From the IMG/VR virus record IMGVR_UViG_3300009703_000013: a stretch of DNA of 64,000 nt; one strand, 5' to 3'. Below, one piece after another: positions 27,863-38,011 of this stretch; position 1 is the stretch's first letter; every line of letters starts with the position of its first letter. Under the pieces are notes generated by a model that was given only the letters and a program-made list of their open reading frames with translations, made no database searches and was not told the DNA's origin. The translations under genes and the position numbers were made by a program. Origin of the DNA: an uncultured virus (IMG/VR IMGVR_UViG_3300009703_000013) (lineage: Duplodnaviria; Heunggongvirae; Uroviricota; Caudoviricetes).

Positions 27863-29568
27863 TATGCTATCCTTGAAAAGTTTTGTTGTTTTTCAAATTT
27901 AATACTGTTTCTAAACTTATCTACTAACTGATCTCCTTTGTGAGATATTACAAAAGTATTTTCATCGCCAAGAGTATTTAATATTCTTAAAAATTCATCT
28001 GTACCTTGACCATCTAAACTACTATCAAATATTTCATCTAGTATTAATAAGTTTGTGTTAACACTATTTTTCATTTTTGCTATTGCTCTCCATGTAAAGA
28101 GTAGCGCTAAATCGATACGCATTTTTTCACCTTCACTAAAAGATGCATAATTAAACGTATCTCTAAATCTAGATTTAATTGTTTCATTAAAGTTTTCATC
28201 TAGATTAAAGTTTACGTAAAAATCCATTGACATAAGATATTTGTTAATTAATTGATTCATGATAGGTAAATATTGTTTTATAATTTTAGTTTTAATACCT
28301 GTATCATTCAACATATCTCTAGCTGCAAGTATGTAAGTTTTTTGATCTTTTAAATTACTTCTTTGATACTCAACTTTTTTGCAATCTGTTTTCATCTGAT
28401 TTAATTTATCTATATCTTTTTCAGATACAGAACCACTTTCAAAATTTTCTATATCTTCTTTTAGTTTTCTATTATATTTTTGTAACTCTGCAATAGAACT
28501 ATAAATCTCTGCTTGTCTTACTTCATTCTCACGTATAGTTTTTGTTATACCAGTTATTTCCTCTAAACGTTTATTGACAGTTAGTAATTCTTCTTTTAAT
28601 TTTATTGCACCATCAAGTATTTCTCTTGTTTTGATTTCTCTGTCTGCAATCATTTTTTCTTTGTGTAATTGTTGTATATCTTGTTCACATGTAGGACACG
28701 AATCATTGTTCTTAAAAAACTCCATATCTTTTGCTAGTTGTTTATGTTTCTCTGTTAACGTAGCACGTATATTATTAAGTTTAGATAATTTGTTCTCTGT
28801 ATGTGTCTTATCATTGATTTCACCTGTCAGATCATCGCTAGCAGTCTCTAAAAGGGCCTTTTCTTTCTCTCTATCTGTTAGTATAGTTTGATTAGATTGA
28901 AATAAGTCTTGTTTCTCTTTTATAATTTTATCTTTGTTTTTTTTCATATCATCAATATAATTTGTCTGCATGGCAATTTTTTCTACTGCCATTTCAAACT
29001 GATAATCCATATCTTTGATATCGTCTTGTATGTCTTTCAATTGATTTTTCAATACCATATTCATCAATGAAAATATTTTTATATCAAGTATCTCTTCCAC
29101 CACTTCTCTTCTATGAACTGCTTTTAGTTGCATGAAAGGTATAAAGGTTGATGAACCTAATATTACAACTTGAGTAAAAGACCTAAAGTTTAATCTTAGC
29201 ACAGTTTGTTCTAAATACTTTTGATAGTCTCTAGCATTTGCCTCTTGATTTATCATAATACCATCACACCAAATTTCAAACTTGTTTGGTTTAATACCTC
29301 TAACTATTTTCCATTCTTTAGTTCCAATATTAAACTCTACTTCAACAACTGTTTCTCTGTCATTAATAGTATTAACTAATTGTGATTTACTAATTACTCT
29401 AAATGGTTTTCCAAATAAACTAAAACACAATGCATCAAGTATTGTTGATTTACCTGAACCATTTTCACCTATGATTAGTGTTGTTGTTTGTCTATCTAAT
29501 TGCACCTCTGTAAAATTATTACCAGTAGATAAAAAGTTTTTCCAACGTACTTTTGTAAAGTGTATCAT
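27862..29568 (-). CDS. 46: Recombination endonuclease ATPase subunit gp46 (Rad50/SbcC-like)
   Basis: WKNFLSTGN, GENGSGKST, zinc hook CPTC, FSEGEKMRID, LDEIFD. Confidence 0.97.
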   Translation of the reverse strand: MIHFTKVRWKNFLSTGNNFTEVQLDRQTTTLIIGENGSGKSTILDALCFSLFGKPFRVISKSQLVNTINDRETVVEVEFNIGTKEWKIVRGIKPNKFEIWCDGIMINQEANARDYQKYLEQTVLRLNFRSFTQVVILGSSTFIPFMQLKAVHRREVVEEILDIKIFSLMNMVLKNQLKDIQDDIKDMDYQFEMAVEKIAMQTNYIDDMKKNKDKIIKEKQDLFQSNQTILTDREKEKALLETASDDLTGEINDKTHTENKLSKLNNIRATLTEKHKQLAKDMEFFKNNDSCPTCEQDIQQLHKEKMIADREIKTREILDGAIKLKEELLTVNKRLEEITGITKTIRENEVRQAEIYSSIAELQKYNRKLKEDIENFESGSVSEKDIDKLNQMKTDCKKVEYQRSNLKDQKTYILAARDMLNDTGIKTKIIKQYLPIMNQLINKYLMSMDFYVNFNLDENFNETIKSRFRDTFNYASFSEGEKMRIDLALLFTWRAIAKMKNSVNTNLLILDEIFDSSLDGQGTDEFLRILNTLGDENTFVISHKGDQLVDKFRNSIKFEKQQNFSRIA

Positions 29569-29810
29569 GCTAACCAATTCCAAACTGCTCTTAATGATAA
29601 GAGCAAATACATACCTTCCATTAATGCTCTAGGTATGTCTTTATCTTTTATTGCAAATCTAATCCACATACTACAAGATATACATGCTATTGCCCAACCC
29701 ATCCATTGTGTATCAACATCTGCATTACTTAAAACAAAACAACTAGTCATTGCGATTAAAAATCCTAACCAACGTCCAGCATTCAAATCTTTATAATATC
29801 TTATTTTCAT
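29565..29810 (-). CDS. Small membrane protein
   Basis: Hydrophobic segments; ATGA overlap with the upstream gene, short overlap with gp46. Confidence 0.6.
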   Translation of the reverse strand: MKIRYYKDLNAGRWLGFLIAMTSCFVLSNADVDTQWMGWAIACISCSMWIRFAIKDKDIPRALMEGMYLLLSLRAVWNWLA

Positions 29811-30346
29811 AATTCATTGCCCCAACTATCCCAACCTTTTCGCTCTCTTCTTGCAAATAATTCAACATAAGGACCATCTAATAATTGTTCTATCCTATCA
29901 TATACTTCATCTGGCTTTCTACTATGTTCTTGTCTTTGGCTTATAATTAATTGTCTAACTGCTTTAGATAATCTTTTAGGTTTTCCTTTTGTTGCAAGTA
30001 AACACATCTCTGGGTTTGATCTAGTCCAATAACCTAAACCTGTAAACATACCTAAATCATTTTTGTTTTGTTTCGCCCAGGTAAATCCTACTGTTTTATA
30101 TTTGAAACCCCAAGCTTTAATAACTTCCAAAGCTTCTGGCAACATAGGGTCAACGCACCACATAAGTAATACGCAATCATCTGCAGCCAAATCAGAAACA
30201 CGTAAATTACAAATATCAGTAATAGACATGCAAGAATAATGTTGGTTAGCATTACGGCCGTCACCTTTTGGACTATATGATTTAAAGTGCCAAGGGGGGT
30301 CTGCATATATTACCTTATAGTTAGATTTCCAAGTCTTGAGCTTCAT
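29807..30346 (-). CDS. MT-A70 family N6-adenine methyltransferase
   Basis: IYADPPW, WGFKYKT, GYWTRSNPE, HSRKP, ELFAR, WGNE. Confidence 0.92.
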   Translation of the reverse strand: MKLKTWKSNYKVIYADPPWHFKSYSPKGDGRNANQHYSCMSITDICNLRVSDLAADDCVLLMWCVDPMLPEALEVIKAWGFKYKTVGFTWAKQNKNDLGMFTGLGYWTRSNPEMCLLATKGKPKRLSKAVRQLIISQRQEHSRKPDEVYDRIEQLLDGPYVELFARRERKGWDSWGNEL

Positions 30347-31382
30347 TATATAATCCTCGCATAATACCTTTTAATCTATCTTTATCTAATTCTATATCTA
30401 GCTCATCGATATATTTGTTTAGTAAAGTTGTTGTATCTTCAGCATATTGTACTATATCATCTGATACACTATCAGCTTGCATATCAGAAAAATCTTCTAT
30501 TATTTTTACTTCATAAGCATTTGCTTTCATTAATCTATCAACAAATCTATCATATTGATATAAATCTTTTTTATTAATAACAATTAATTTAACAAATTTT
30601 TTAGCATATTTTGATACATCTTCATTTGCATAACTTTTGTCTGCATCATCATAATAAATTTTTTCATATATCCTTAGAGGATTTACTATTCTTTCTAGTT
30701 CTAAAGTTTCTGTATCAAATATGTGAAATCCTTTTGTATCATTAAAGTCATTCCAATATATCTCATACGGTGCTCCTAGATAGTATATTTGACCATCATC
30801 GTTCTTTGTATGAAAGTGACCAGAGAATACTGTATCAAACTTTCTAAATATTTCTTTTTCATAACCATTTTCATTTACTTGACCTTTGTGCATTTGAAAA
30901 CCTTTTATTTCTAAATGACCCATAGCAATTCTTGCTTTTGTTTCATCAATCATTCCCATAGAGTAAATATAATTTTGTGGATTAATCCATGGCAAAAATA
31001 AAATATCTAATCCACCAATGTTAACCTCAGTTGCATCTTCATATAAATGAAACTTATTACTTTTGTCACCAATTAATTCTTTTAATGAGTTTACATCATT
31101 TGTATTCTTGTAATAGATATCATGATTACCAACTAAACAATGAAAGTCAATTTTTAAATGTTGTAAAGGAAATACAAATCTTTCTCTAAATTCTTTTGCA
31201 GTTTTAAAAGAAACATACTTACGTCTATCCATTAAGTCACCTAAATGAAAAACTGTTTTAATATTATGTTGTTCTAGATAAGGAAAAAAAATGCCTTCAT
31301 AAAAATCATAAAAATAATCACTAAAGAATTGACTATCGTTTCTTGCACCAAAGTGCGTATCATTTATTATTGCTACTTTCAT
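30321..31382 (-). CDS. 47: Recombination endonuclease nuclease subunit gp47 (Mre11/SbcD-like)
   Basis: DTHFG, GDLMDRRK, GNHD, GHLE, SGHFH. Confidence 0.97.
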   Translation of the reverse strand: MKVAIINDTHFGARNDSQFFSDYFYDFYEGIFFPYLEQHNIKTVFHLGDLMDRRKYVSFKTAKEFRERFVFPLQHLKIDFHCLVGNHDIYYKNTNDVNSLKELIGDKSNKFHLYEDATEVNIGGLDILFLPWINPQNYIYSMGMIDETKARIAMGHLEIKGFQMHKGQVNENGYEKEIFRKFDTVFSGHFHTKNDDGQIYYLGAPYEIYWNDFNDTKGFHIFDTETLELERIVNPLRIYEKIYYDDADKSYANEDVSKYAKKFVKLIVINKKDLYQYDRFVDRLMKANAYEVKIIEDFSDMQADSVSDDIVQYAEDTTTLLNKYIDELDIELDKDRLKGIMRGLYNEAQDLEI

Positions 31383-32044
31383 TAGGTAATGATATCTGTA
31401 TTTGGTTTAATTAAACCCGTTTTCTTTTCTTCTATATCTCGTTTAATTTTTTTAGCAAGTTGAACTGTTTTAGGTGCTTTTAATTTTTCTTGTTTGTATA
31501 TCTTTTGCACTTTCTTTTTTGCCATATCTAATTTTAGTTTAGATACAAGTTTTGTAAAGTCTGTACCATTCATGTGATCAAACTCATGTTGGAAAACTCT
31601 TGATGGCATATGATCAAATTCTTCTACGTGTTCTATACCTTCATTATCTTCGTACTTAACTTTACATCCTCTAGGTCTTTTTATTTTTAAAAATAGTAAG
31701 GGATATGTTAAACAACCTTCCATTAGTTCTATATCTTCATCGCTAGTTTCTAATATCTCTGGGTTCCAACATGCCCACGCTTTACCCTCTGCCATATCTT
31801 TATGACCACCCATAATAAAAACTCTATATGGTAATCCTACTTGATTTGCTGATAATCCAATACCACCAAACTGTTTCATTGCAACAAATAAATCTTCAGC
31901 TACTTTAGTTCTAGTAAATCCCTCTGGTAACATTTTATCTTCGAATAGGGGTAAAGGTTTGTTTAGTATTTCTGCTTCTGGCGATATGAGTTTAAAATCT
32001 GCTTTCAAGTTATTAGTCATTGTCATCTTCCATAAATTTTTCAA
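31382..32044 (-). CDS. def: Peptide deformylase
   Basis: GIGLSANQVG, EGCLT, QHEFDH. Confidence 0.95.
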   Translation of the reverse strand: MKNLWKMTMTNNLKADFKLISPEAEILNKPLPLFEDKMLPEGFTRTKVAEDLFVAMKQFGGIGLSANQVGLPYRVFIMGGHKDMAEGKAWACWNPEILETSDEDIELMEGCLTYPLLFLKIKRPRGCKVKYEDNEGIEHVEEFDHMPSRVFQHEFDHMNGTDFTKLVSKLKLDMAKKKVQKIYKQEKLKAPKTVQLAKKIKRDIEEKKTGLIKPNTDIIT

Positions 32045-32552
32045 GTCCTTTAGTATTTCTTTTTTTCTCTTTTGTTTTATACACAGGTTGATCTGGTACC
32101 ATAACTAGAGGATTGAATTGACCATTAAACGTATATGTGTTTGGGTCGTTTGGCAATTGATTATGTGTTTTATATTCGCCACCGTCAATCATTTTATGTT
32201 TAATGTGTTGTTGTTTTTTTTCTTTTTGTATTCTACGTATGAACGCATAATATATTATTTGTGTAAAATAAGCAAATGGATTTTTTGATTTAGCTGGATT
32301 AAAGTTGTAGATGTATTGTAAACAGTTTTCTATACCATCAGATATCATTTCATCTTTGTAAGTATAGTTAATAAAGTTTGGTCTATTAGATAAACCATTT
32401 GCAATCTTTAAAATACATTCACCAACATATTCTGGTACTTTAGGTTTGTCTTCACCTGACTCTTCAGCTTCTTTACAATTGTCTCTAAATTCTATCATTG
32501 CAGCTAGCAATTCTTTATTACTAACATAATGAGCAGGTTTTTTCTTTGGCAT
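32013..32552 (-). CDS. 55: Late-transcription sigma factor gp55
   Basis: HYVSNKE, NFINYTY, MISDGIENC, NPFAYFTQI..AF.RRI.KEK. Confidence 0.96.
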   Translation of the reverse strand: MPKKKPAHYVSNKELLAAMIEFRDNCKEAEESGEDKPKVPEYVGECILKIANGLSNRPNFINYTYKDEMISDGIENCLQYIYNFNPAKSKNPFAYFTQIIYYAFIRRIQKEKKQQHIKHKMIDGGEYKTHNQLPNDPNTYTFNGQFNPLVMVPDQPVYKTKEKKRNTKGLEKFMEDDND

Positions 32553-32570
32553 GTTATATCTTTCAAAGTA

Positions 32571-32588
32571 TAGGGGATTGCTCCCCTA
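32571..32588 (-). terminator. GNRA-capped hairpin just upstream of gp55 (weak terminator or processing stem)
   Basis: TAGGGGA-GCAA-TCCCCTA on the minus strand, followed by a short T run. Confidence 0.5.
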
Positions 32589-32609
32589 CACTATTAAATT
32601 AAAAAATTA

Positions 32610-32858
32610 TTAATCTTCGTCTTCATCTTCTTTATCTTCGTCCTCGTCTTCATCTTCTTCTGGTTCTATTTCAAGTACGTCTTCGATAGCGATAAGTCTT
32701 TCGTCAATTGCTTCTATTTTCTTTTCAAATTCTTCATGATCTGATTCATGGTCGTCATCGCCTTCTGGCATTTTCTCTTCAAGTTTTTCAATTCTTTCTT
32801 CAAGGTCTTCAATCTTATTTTTTTTAACATCATTATCTTCGTCTTTATTACCGAACAT
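32610..32858 (-). CDS. Very acidic small coiled-coil protein
   Basis: Asp/Glu-dominated 82 aa; SD AGGAG upstream. Confidence 0.7.
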   Translation of the reverse strand: MFGNKDEDNDVKKNKIEDLEERIEKLEEKMPEGDDDHESDHEEFEKKIEAIDERLIAIEDVLEIEPEEDEDEDEDKEDEDED

Positions 32859-32930
32859 AAGAGTCTCCTATATTTTTAAATGGTTATAGCGAAATTGTCA
32901 AGAAAAAAGTGAGCTTTCTTGAATCAAAAC

Positions 32931-33347
32931 TTAGTGTATCGTTTTATCGCCATGATCTTCATCGTCAATATAGTCGTCCAAGTTTTCTTTTACATCATCG
33001 TATTTGGATTGATGATAACTATCTACGAGTTTTTGATGTGACTCGCCTGTCATAAATCCACCACGTTCTTCAGCAATGTGTAATTGCTTTTCATAAAACG
33101 TACTTAAACCTGTTGATGTTTTTGCACAATAGAGTATATGATTATTTTTTACCTCTACAGTATCCTCGTCTGTATATGGTCTAACCCATCTTATTAATGC
33201 TAAGGATTCTACAATACCTGATTCAACAAATCTTGGTATAGTATGAACCTTTAAAGGATTCTTTACCGAAGTGTGAGTATCGGTTTCTTTTGTGACTTGA
33301 CAAACAATCTCCTCGCCAGTCGTTAATTTTAGTATGTGATATCTCAT
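32931..33347 (-). CDS. Conserved hypothetical protein (Sm-like N-terminus)
   Basis: ILKLTTGEEIV...KNPL; typical gene downstream of uvsW in marine T4-like phages. Confidence 0.7.
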   Translation of the reverse strand: MRYHILKLTTGEEIVCQVTKETDTHTSVKNPLKVHTIPRFVESGIVESLALIRWVRPYTDEDTVEVKNNHILYCAKTSTGLSTFYEKQLHIAEERGGFMTGESHQKLVDSYHQSKYDDVKENLDDYIDDEDHGDKTIH

Positions 33348-34777
33348 AAGTTTAGTGTATCTACCTTGTAGTTAAACTCCTCTTCATTGTATATATTTAT
33401 CCGTTCTTGAAAATGCAATAGTGTGAAGTTTTTTTTATTTTTATGAGTTAAGTCGTCTGATATGTCGTATAATTTAACTGCGTCTTTTTGTTCAGACTTT
33501 CTTAAACCACGACCAATAGATTGTAATACTTTTATCCTAGACTTATAGGGGCTTGCAAATACAACATTATGTAAGTTGCGAATATTAATACCAGTGGAAA
33601 AGACTCCGTAACTAGCGAGTATAAGTATATTATTTTTTGTTTCAGCCAGTGACCTAATTTGTTCTCTTTCATCTGTTCCTATTCCACCATGTACAAAGTA
33701 AATTTCTTTGTCAAGGTCTTGCATCATTCCATTTAAAACTTGTCCATGTTTTTCTACAAGTTGATAGAGAACAAGTGTATTCCCTTTTAAAGTTTTACAA
33801 AGGTTGTAAATGAATTGATTACGTTTATTGTTTTGCACTAAGAAATTAATTTCATCAATATAATTAAAATCTTTACATTGTTTACTTATGTCAGCTGAAT
33901 GTTTTAACACAATACAATCAATTGACAATTTGGCAATTGTTTCAGCATCCATTAAAGCTTTAGTTGTTGTAACTTGTTCTACTTCACCAAACAATCCCTC
34001 TAATACTAATCTATGTGTTTGTGTTCCGTCTAGTGTGCCTGTAAATCCAAAACGATAAGGACAGTCCTCTAGTTTAGTCATAATACCTGTTAAAGATTTT
34101 GCTTTAAACAAATGTGCCTCATCACCTATTACACATTGATACTTGTCAAAAAACTTTTTACGTTCTTTGTAGATTGATTGCCAAGTAGAAATAGTTATTG
34201 GTTTGGTGCTGGTCTTATCGTGGCCAGAGTAAATTTTGTGAATATGCGAATCATCCCAACCATAAGATATAAAATCAGAAGCCATTTGTTCTACCAAAGA
34301 AGTTGTTGGTACAAGTACTAAAACGTTTATGCTTGATAGTTGTAAGTATCTAACAATCGCATAAATGATTGCTGATTTACCAGACGCAGTAGGTGAAACA
34401 AATAATTTTCTTTTGTTTTCTAATGCTTTGATAAAAGAGTTGTACTGATAATCATATAATTCAAATGGCATTTTTAAACTATCAACAAATCCTCTAGCAT
34501 TTTCATCATTAATTAAATTAATAACCTCACCATCTGATATTGTATATTCTATGTCATTTTTTTGACAAAACTGTTTAATATATGGCAACAACCCAACATA
34601 TATTTGACCAGTTTGTTTTGAGAATAATCTTATCTTACCATCCCACATTCTGTTTCTAACAGTTGGCATAAACTTAGCACCTGGTACTTCAAAAGTAAAG
34701 TAATCAGATAACTCTTGAGCTATTGCTTGAGTAGTGTCTATATGTAAATAGACATCATTTTTTTTATTAATTAACAT
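33344..34777 (-). CDS. uvsW: UvsW SF2 helicase
   Basis: SPTASGKS, DEAH, TGT, QSIGRGLR. Confidence 0.96.
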   Translation of the reverse strand: MLINKKNDVYLHIDTTQAIAQELSDYFTFEVPGAKFMPTVRNRMWDGKIRLFSKQTGQIYVGLLPYIKQFCQKNDIEYTISDGEVINLINDENARGFVDSLKMPFELYDYQYNSFIKALENKRKLFVSPTASGKSAIIYAIVRYLQLSSINVLVLVPTTSLVEQMASDFISYGWDDSHIHKIYSGHDKTSTKPITISTWQSIYKERKKFFDKYQCVIGDEAHLFKAKSLTGIMTKLEDCPYRFGFTGTLDGTQTHRLVLEGLFGEVEQVTTTKALMDAETIAKLSIDCIVLKHSADISKQCKDFNYIDEINFLVQNNKRNQFIYNLCKTLKGNTLVLYQLVEKHGQVLNGMMQDLDKEIYFVHGGIGTDEREQIRSLAETKNNILILASYGVFSTGINIRNLHNVVFASPYKSRIKVLQSIGRGLRKSEQKDAVKLYDISDDLTHKNKKNFTLLHFQERINIYNEEEFNYKVDTLNL

Positions 34778-35292
34778 TTTTGTAATATAACGAGATTGTT
34801 AACAGTTAATATCTTTCTAGCTTGTTTATATGAGTTAACCCAATCATCTACAAACTTTGTGACATCCTCTGATAATTTGTAATCATGAAATATTGCATAA
34901 CCATTTTCTTCTAAATTATCCCAATAGTTCATAGTATCTTTTCTGACACTTGTAAAACTATGTTCACCATCAATAAGTAGTGTGCCAAACATTTGTTTTG
35001 TTGTCCATTTATGAGAATCTTCTTGAACATGCATAAATCTTTCTATGTAAGACATAGGTAAATATTTTATAACATTTTTTAATTTAAATTTTACATCGAT
35101 TGATACAACTTTTCTATCTGTATCTTTTGTTGCATCCAATAATATAACTGTAGAACCACCTTGACCTATTTCAAGGATATCGCCATAAGTTTTTGTTAAT
35201 ATGAAGTTATCGAGGAAAGTGTATTCCTCGTCACACATTTGTTTAATTGGATTAAACCATTCCAGCTTCGAATTTTCGCCATTCAATCGCAT
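34771..35292 (-). CDS. Class I SAM-dependent methyltransferase (Methyltransf_24-like)
   Basis: ILEIGQGGST, VSID, IDGEHS, IFHDY. Confidence 0.8.
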   Translation of the reverse strand: MRLNGENSKLEWFNPIKQMCDEEYTFLDNFILTKTYGDILEIGQGGSTVILLDATKDTDRKVVSIDVKFKLKNVIKYLPMSYIERFMHVQEDSHKWTTKQMFGTLLIDGEHSFTSVRKDTMNYWDNLEENGYAIFHDYKLSEDVTKFVDDWVNSYKQARKILTVNNLVILQKC

Positions 35293-35680
35293 TTTTTATA
35301 TCCCACCCTCTAGATTGAATTGACCTTTGGACACCTTCTAAAAATTTAACAGTTGTTTCTAGATACACTATTTTATTTTTTGCGTCAATAACTTCTTGGT
35401 CAGATTCAATATAAATGTTTAAATCTGTTTTTAAAACTTTTAAGTCAAATGGTTTTGATGCATAAACTTTAGCATCTGATTTACCACCATAATATTCCCA
35501 TTTGTCTCGGTACATTTTCGTATATTCACCTTTTGCTTTCGCAAGTAAGAATTCAAAGTTAGTTTTGTAATCAAGATACTTTGCATACAGGTCTTGATTA
35601 CGTAAACTTTCTGTATCTAAATGTTCTTTATCTACAGGTAAGTCTTTATATGTTTGTTTTTTTAAATCATCTAACGTCAT
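35252..35680 (-). CDS. uvsY: UvsY recombination mediator
   Basis: EYYGGK, R.WDIKNAIEWRKFEAG; near uvsW. Confidence 0.92.
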   Translation of the reverse strand: MTLDDLKKQTYKDLPVDKEHLDTESLRNQDLYAKYLDYKTNFEFLLAKAKGEYTKMYRDKWEYYGGKSDAKVYASKPFDLKVLKTDLNIYIESDQEVIDAKNKIVYLETTVKFLEGVQRSIQSRGWDIKNAIEWRKFEAGMV

Positions 35681-36749
35681 TTGTTTGTTCCCATTTGTAT
35701 GCTTCTATTACGTGATTTAAAGCATCTAAAAAATGTTCATCGCCTGGTTTTGGTTCTATTTCTTTTTGTTTTCTTAACTCTTGTTCTACTGAACTACCTA
35801 TTACATTTCCTAAGATATGTCTATCTGAATGTGGTCTATCAATAAAAGCAGCTTCAAAGTATGAATAGATATCTCCTCTAGGGTCAATTGCTATTTTTAC
35901 TTGTGGTGATTGTTTTCTTGTTAATTGTTTGTAATTAACAGATAACAATTTATTCATTCTACCTTCAAGTAATGCTACTAAAGCATAACCATAATCAATA
36001 TTTAATGATCTTTTTTTTGCTTCCTCATCAAACTCTAAAAGTTTTTCTCTTAATTTATTTCTGTCGTCAATAGGATATTGAAAAGAAAAATCCTCTCGTA
36101 ATGATAAAGTGTGAACGCCACCAATATCATCTATGTAATTAAATATCTTATGTAAGTTTTCAAACTCTGTAGGTAATAAAACATGATTAATATGTAATGG
36201 TGGTTTAGTTACATTTAACTTATTATAATCTTTAAGATTTTTTTTAACAACACGAAACGCTTTATTGTTTTTAGTTGTTGATGTAGTTTGATCTTCATCA
36301 TAACCATATAATGATATACGAAAATGATCTACTGTTAATAGATTAGGATTTTTTTCTATAAATTTTGGTGTTAACATAAAACCATTTGTAATAAATCTAA
36401 CTTTATAACCTCTAACATGTAAATCTTTACAAAGTCTATCTATCTCATTGTACGTAAGTGGTTCTAGTCCACCACCTATATTATATCTGTATGGATTATC
36501 ACCTGGGTCTTGATCTAAAAGTGTATCGTAAAAATAATTGTAGTTTGGTTCTCTGGCGTCATAGTTTCGCCCACAAAATGTACATTCGAACATGCAGCTA
36601 GTGCCAGGAAAAAGATTAATATTTTTAGGAAATTTGTAAACACCATCTATTGCCGCTTGTATATGCCCCGTATCTATTAAGGGTTGGATTGTTCTATAAT
36701 ATGATTTATCCATTGGAATCACTTGATATTTTTTGTATAACAGGTACAA
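35667..36749 (-). CDS. DesII-like radical SAM enzyme (dTDP-4-amino-4,6-dideoxyglucose ammonia-lyase family)
   Basis: LFPGTSCMFECTFCGR (DesII: LYPGPTCMFRCHFC), GGLEPLT, TNGF, RISLYG, LREDF, DYGYAL. Confidence 0.75.
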   Translation of the reverse strand: MYLLYKKYQVIPMDKSYYRTIQPLIDTGHIQAAIDGVYKFPKNINLFPGTSCMFECTFCGRNYDAREPNYNYFYDTLLDQDPGDNPYRYNIGGGLEPLTYNEIDRLCKDLHVRGYKVRFITNGFMLTPKFIEKNPNLLTVDHFRISLYGYDEDQTTSTTKNNKAFRVVKKNLKDYNKLNVTKPPLHINHVLLPTEFENLHKIFNYIDDIGGVHTLSLREDFSFQYPIDDRNKLREKLLEFDEEAKKRSLNIDYGYALVALLEGRMNKLLSVNYKQLTRKQSPQVKIAIDPRGDIYSYFEAAFIDRPHSDRHILGNVIGSSVEQELRKQKEIEPKPGDEHFLDALNHVIEAYKWEQTNDVR

Positions 36750-37341
36750 CTCTATTATTCACTTTCATTGTTTTTCTATTAATAGGAAAAACTTCATTTA
36801 TGGGTTCTACAAAATCAAAACTGTAAACACAACTATGTCTAGTTGCAAATTGCATTGGCATAACTTTATCAAATTCCATACACCAATTCCAAAGTTCGAT
36901 ATGTCTATAATGATTGATTATATAGATTTTTGGTGGATTTGTCAAGGAATAATCTAGGTTATACTCTGGCCCAACGTTGTCCATAATAATATCGTAAGGT
37001 TTATCAAATACAGGTGTTTCTATAGCATCTTGTAATTTAAATTCATACTTACCATTGTAAGAAAATAAATTTTTATACTTGTCTTGTAATGCTATTGAAT
37101 TATGATGTCTATAATAAAAACTTTTGTCTATGTTTAAACACTCTTTAACGTTGTTACCGTATTGTGCTATAAAAAAATCTAAATTAGGACCACCACCGAT
37201 ACACTTAACAGTTTCTACATTTTTAAATAGATTGTTAAGTATTTCGTATTGTTCTAATTCAAAATCCCAAAAGTTATTTTTATCGTCTTTGTATAGATTA
37301 TATATTTCTGTCCACTTGACATTCACAATTGTTACACTCAC
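36706..37341 (-). CDS. Hypothetical protein, possibly methyltransferase-like
   Basis: CIGGG..., NID, YDII.D pattern; weak. Confidence 0.5.
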   Translation of the reverse strand: MSVTIVNVKWTEIYNLYKDDKNNFWDFELEQYEILNNLFKNVETVKCIGGGPNLDFFIAQYGNNVKECLNIDKSFYYRHHNSIALQDKYKNLFSYNGKYEFKLQDAIETPVFDKPYDIIMDNVGPEYNLDYSLTNPPKIYIINHYRHIELWNWCMEFDKVMPMQFATRHSCVYSFDFVEPINEVFPINRKTMKVNNRVVPVIQKISSDSNG

Positions 37342-37367
37342 ATACTTTTATATTAAATAATTTGATT

Positions 37368-37397
37368 ATTATACTCTTTAACCAGTTCATTTGTCAA
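37368..37397 (-). promoter_or_regulatory. Sigma70-type promoter driving the desII-like/uvsY/uvsW block
   Basis: TTGACA, 18 nt, TATAAT. Confidence 0.75.
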
Positions 37398-37400
37398 CTC

Positions 37401-37976
37401 CTATAATTTGACTATTGTATATAATTTGTAAGAAAAGTCTGCTGTTGTTTTGATATACTGTGTATCAGCAGCTTCTTGATCAAAACTTAATGCCCCTATT
37501 GTTGTAGGGTATACATCTTCAAATCTTATCTCTGCTACTGGGTTATTTTTATTAGAAAGTATTGTTAATGTTGCATCTGAAAACATTGGATTAGCAGGTG
37601 TTGCTTGTTGAACATCACCTATATCTCTAGAGTTTCCTTGAGTTGCACCAGTAGTGACAGACGTTTGACTTCTAAATGATTTAAATTGATCTCTTGATTG
37701 TGGAAATCCAATAGCTATTAACCAATCATGTAATTCTTTATAATTTTCTAAATTTTCATCTACTAGAAAAGATATATTTAAAGGTTCGAAAGTTACTTCA
37801 TCACCTTGTACAGGTATTGGTTTTAGTGGTGTAGGAAATATTGTATCTCCTAAATTTAGACCTGGCAGATTACATGCAGTTACAAAAAACTCAACTTTAG
37901 GTAACTGATTAATTACTAATCTAAATTGAGTAGGCGACAAGTAATCTAGTGTTGTAGGTTGTCTTCTAATTGCCAT
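37401..37976 (-). CDS. 3: Tail completion/tube terminator gp3
   Basis: DYLSPTQFR, FLVDENLENY.E.HDW, SDATLTIL; follows gp23. Confidence 0.85.
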   Translation of the reverse strand: MAIRRQPTTLDYLSPTQFRLVINQLPKVEFFVTACNLPGLNLGDTIFPTPLKPIPVQGDEVTFEPLNISFLVDENLENYKELHDWLIAIGFPQSRDQFKSFRSQTSVTTGATQGNSRDIGDVQQATPANPMFSDATLTILSNKNNPVAEIRFEDVYPTTIGALSFDQEAADTQYIKTTADFSYKLYTIVKL

Positions 37977-37992
37977 GGATATCCTTTATATG

Positions 37993-38000
37993 TATTTATA
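37993..38000 (-). promoter_or_regulatory. T4-type late promoter TATAAATA
   Basis: Exact consensus upstream of gp3. Confidence 0.8.
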
Positions 38001-38011
38001 CTGCTCAAAAT

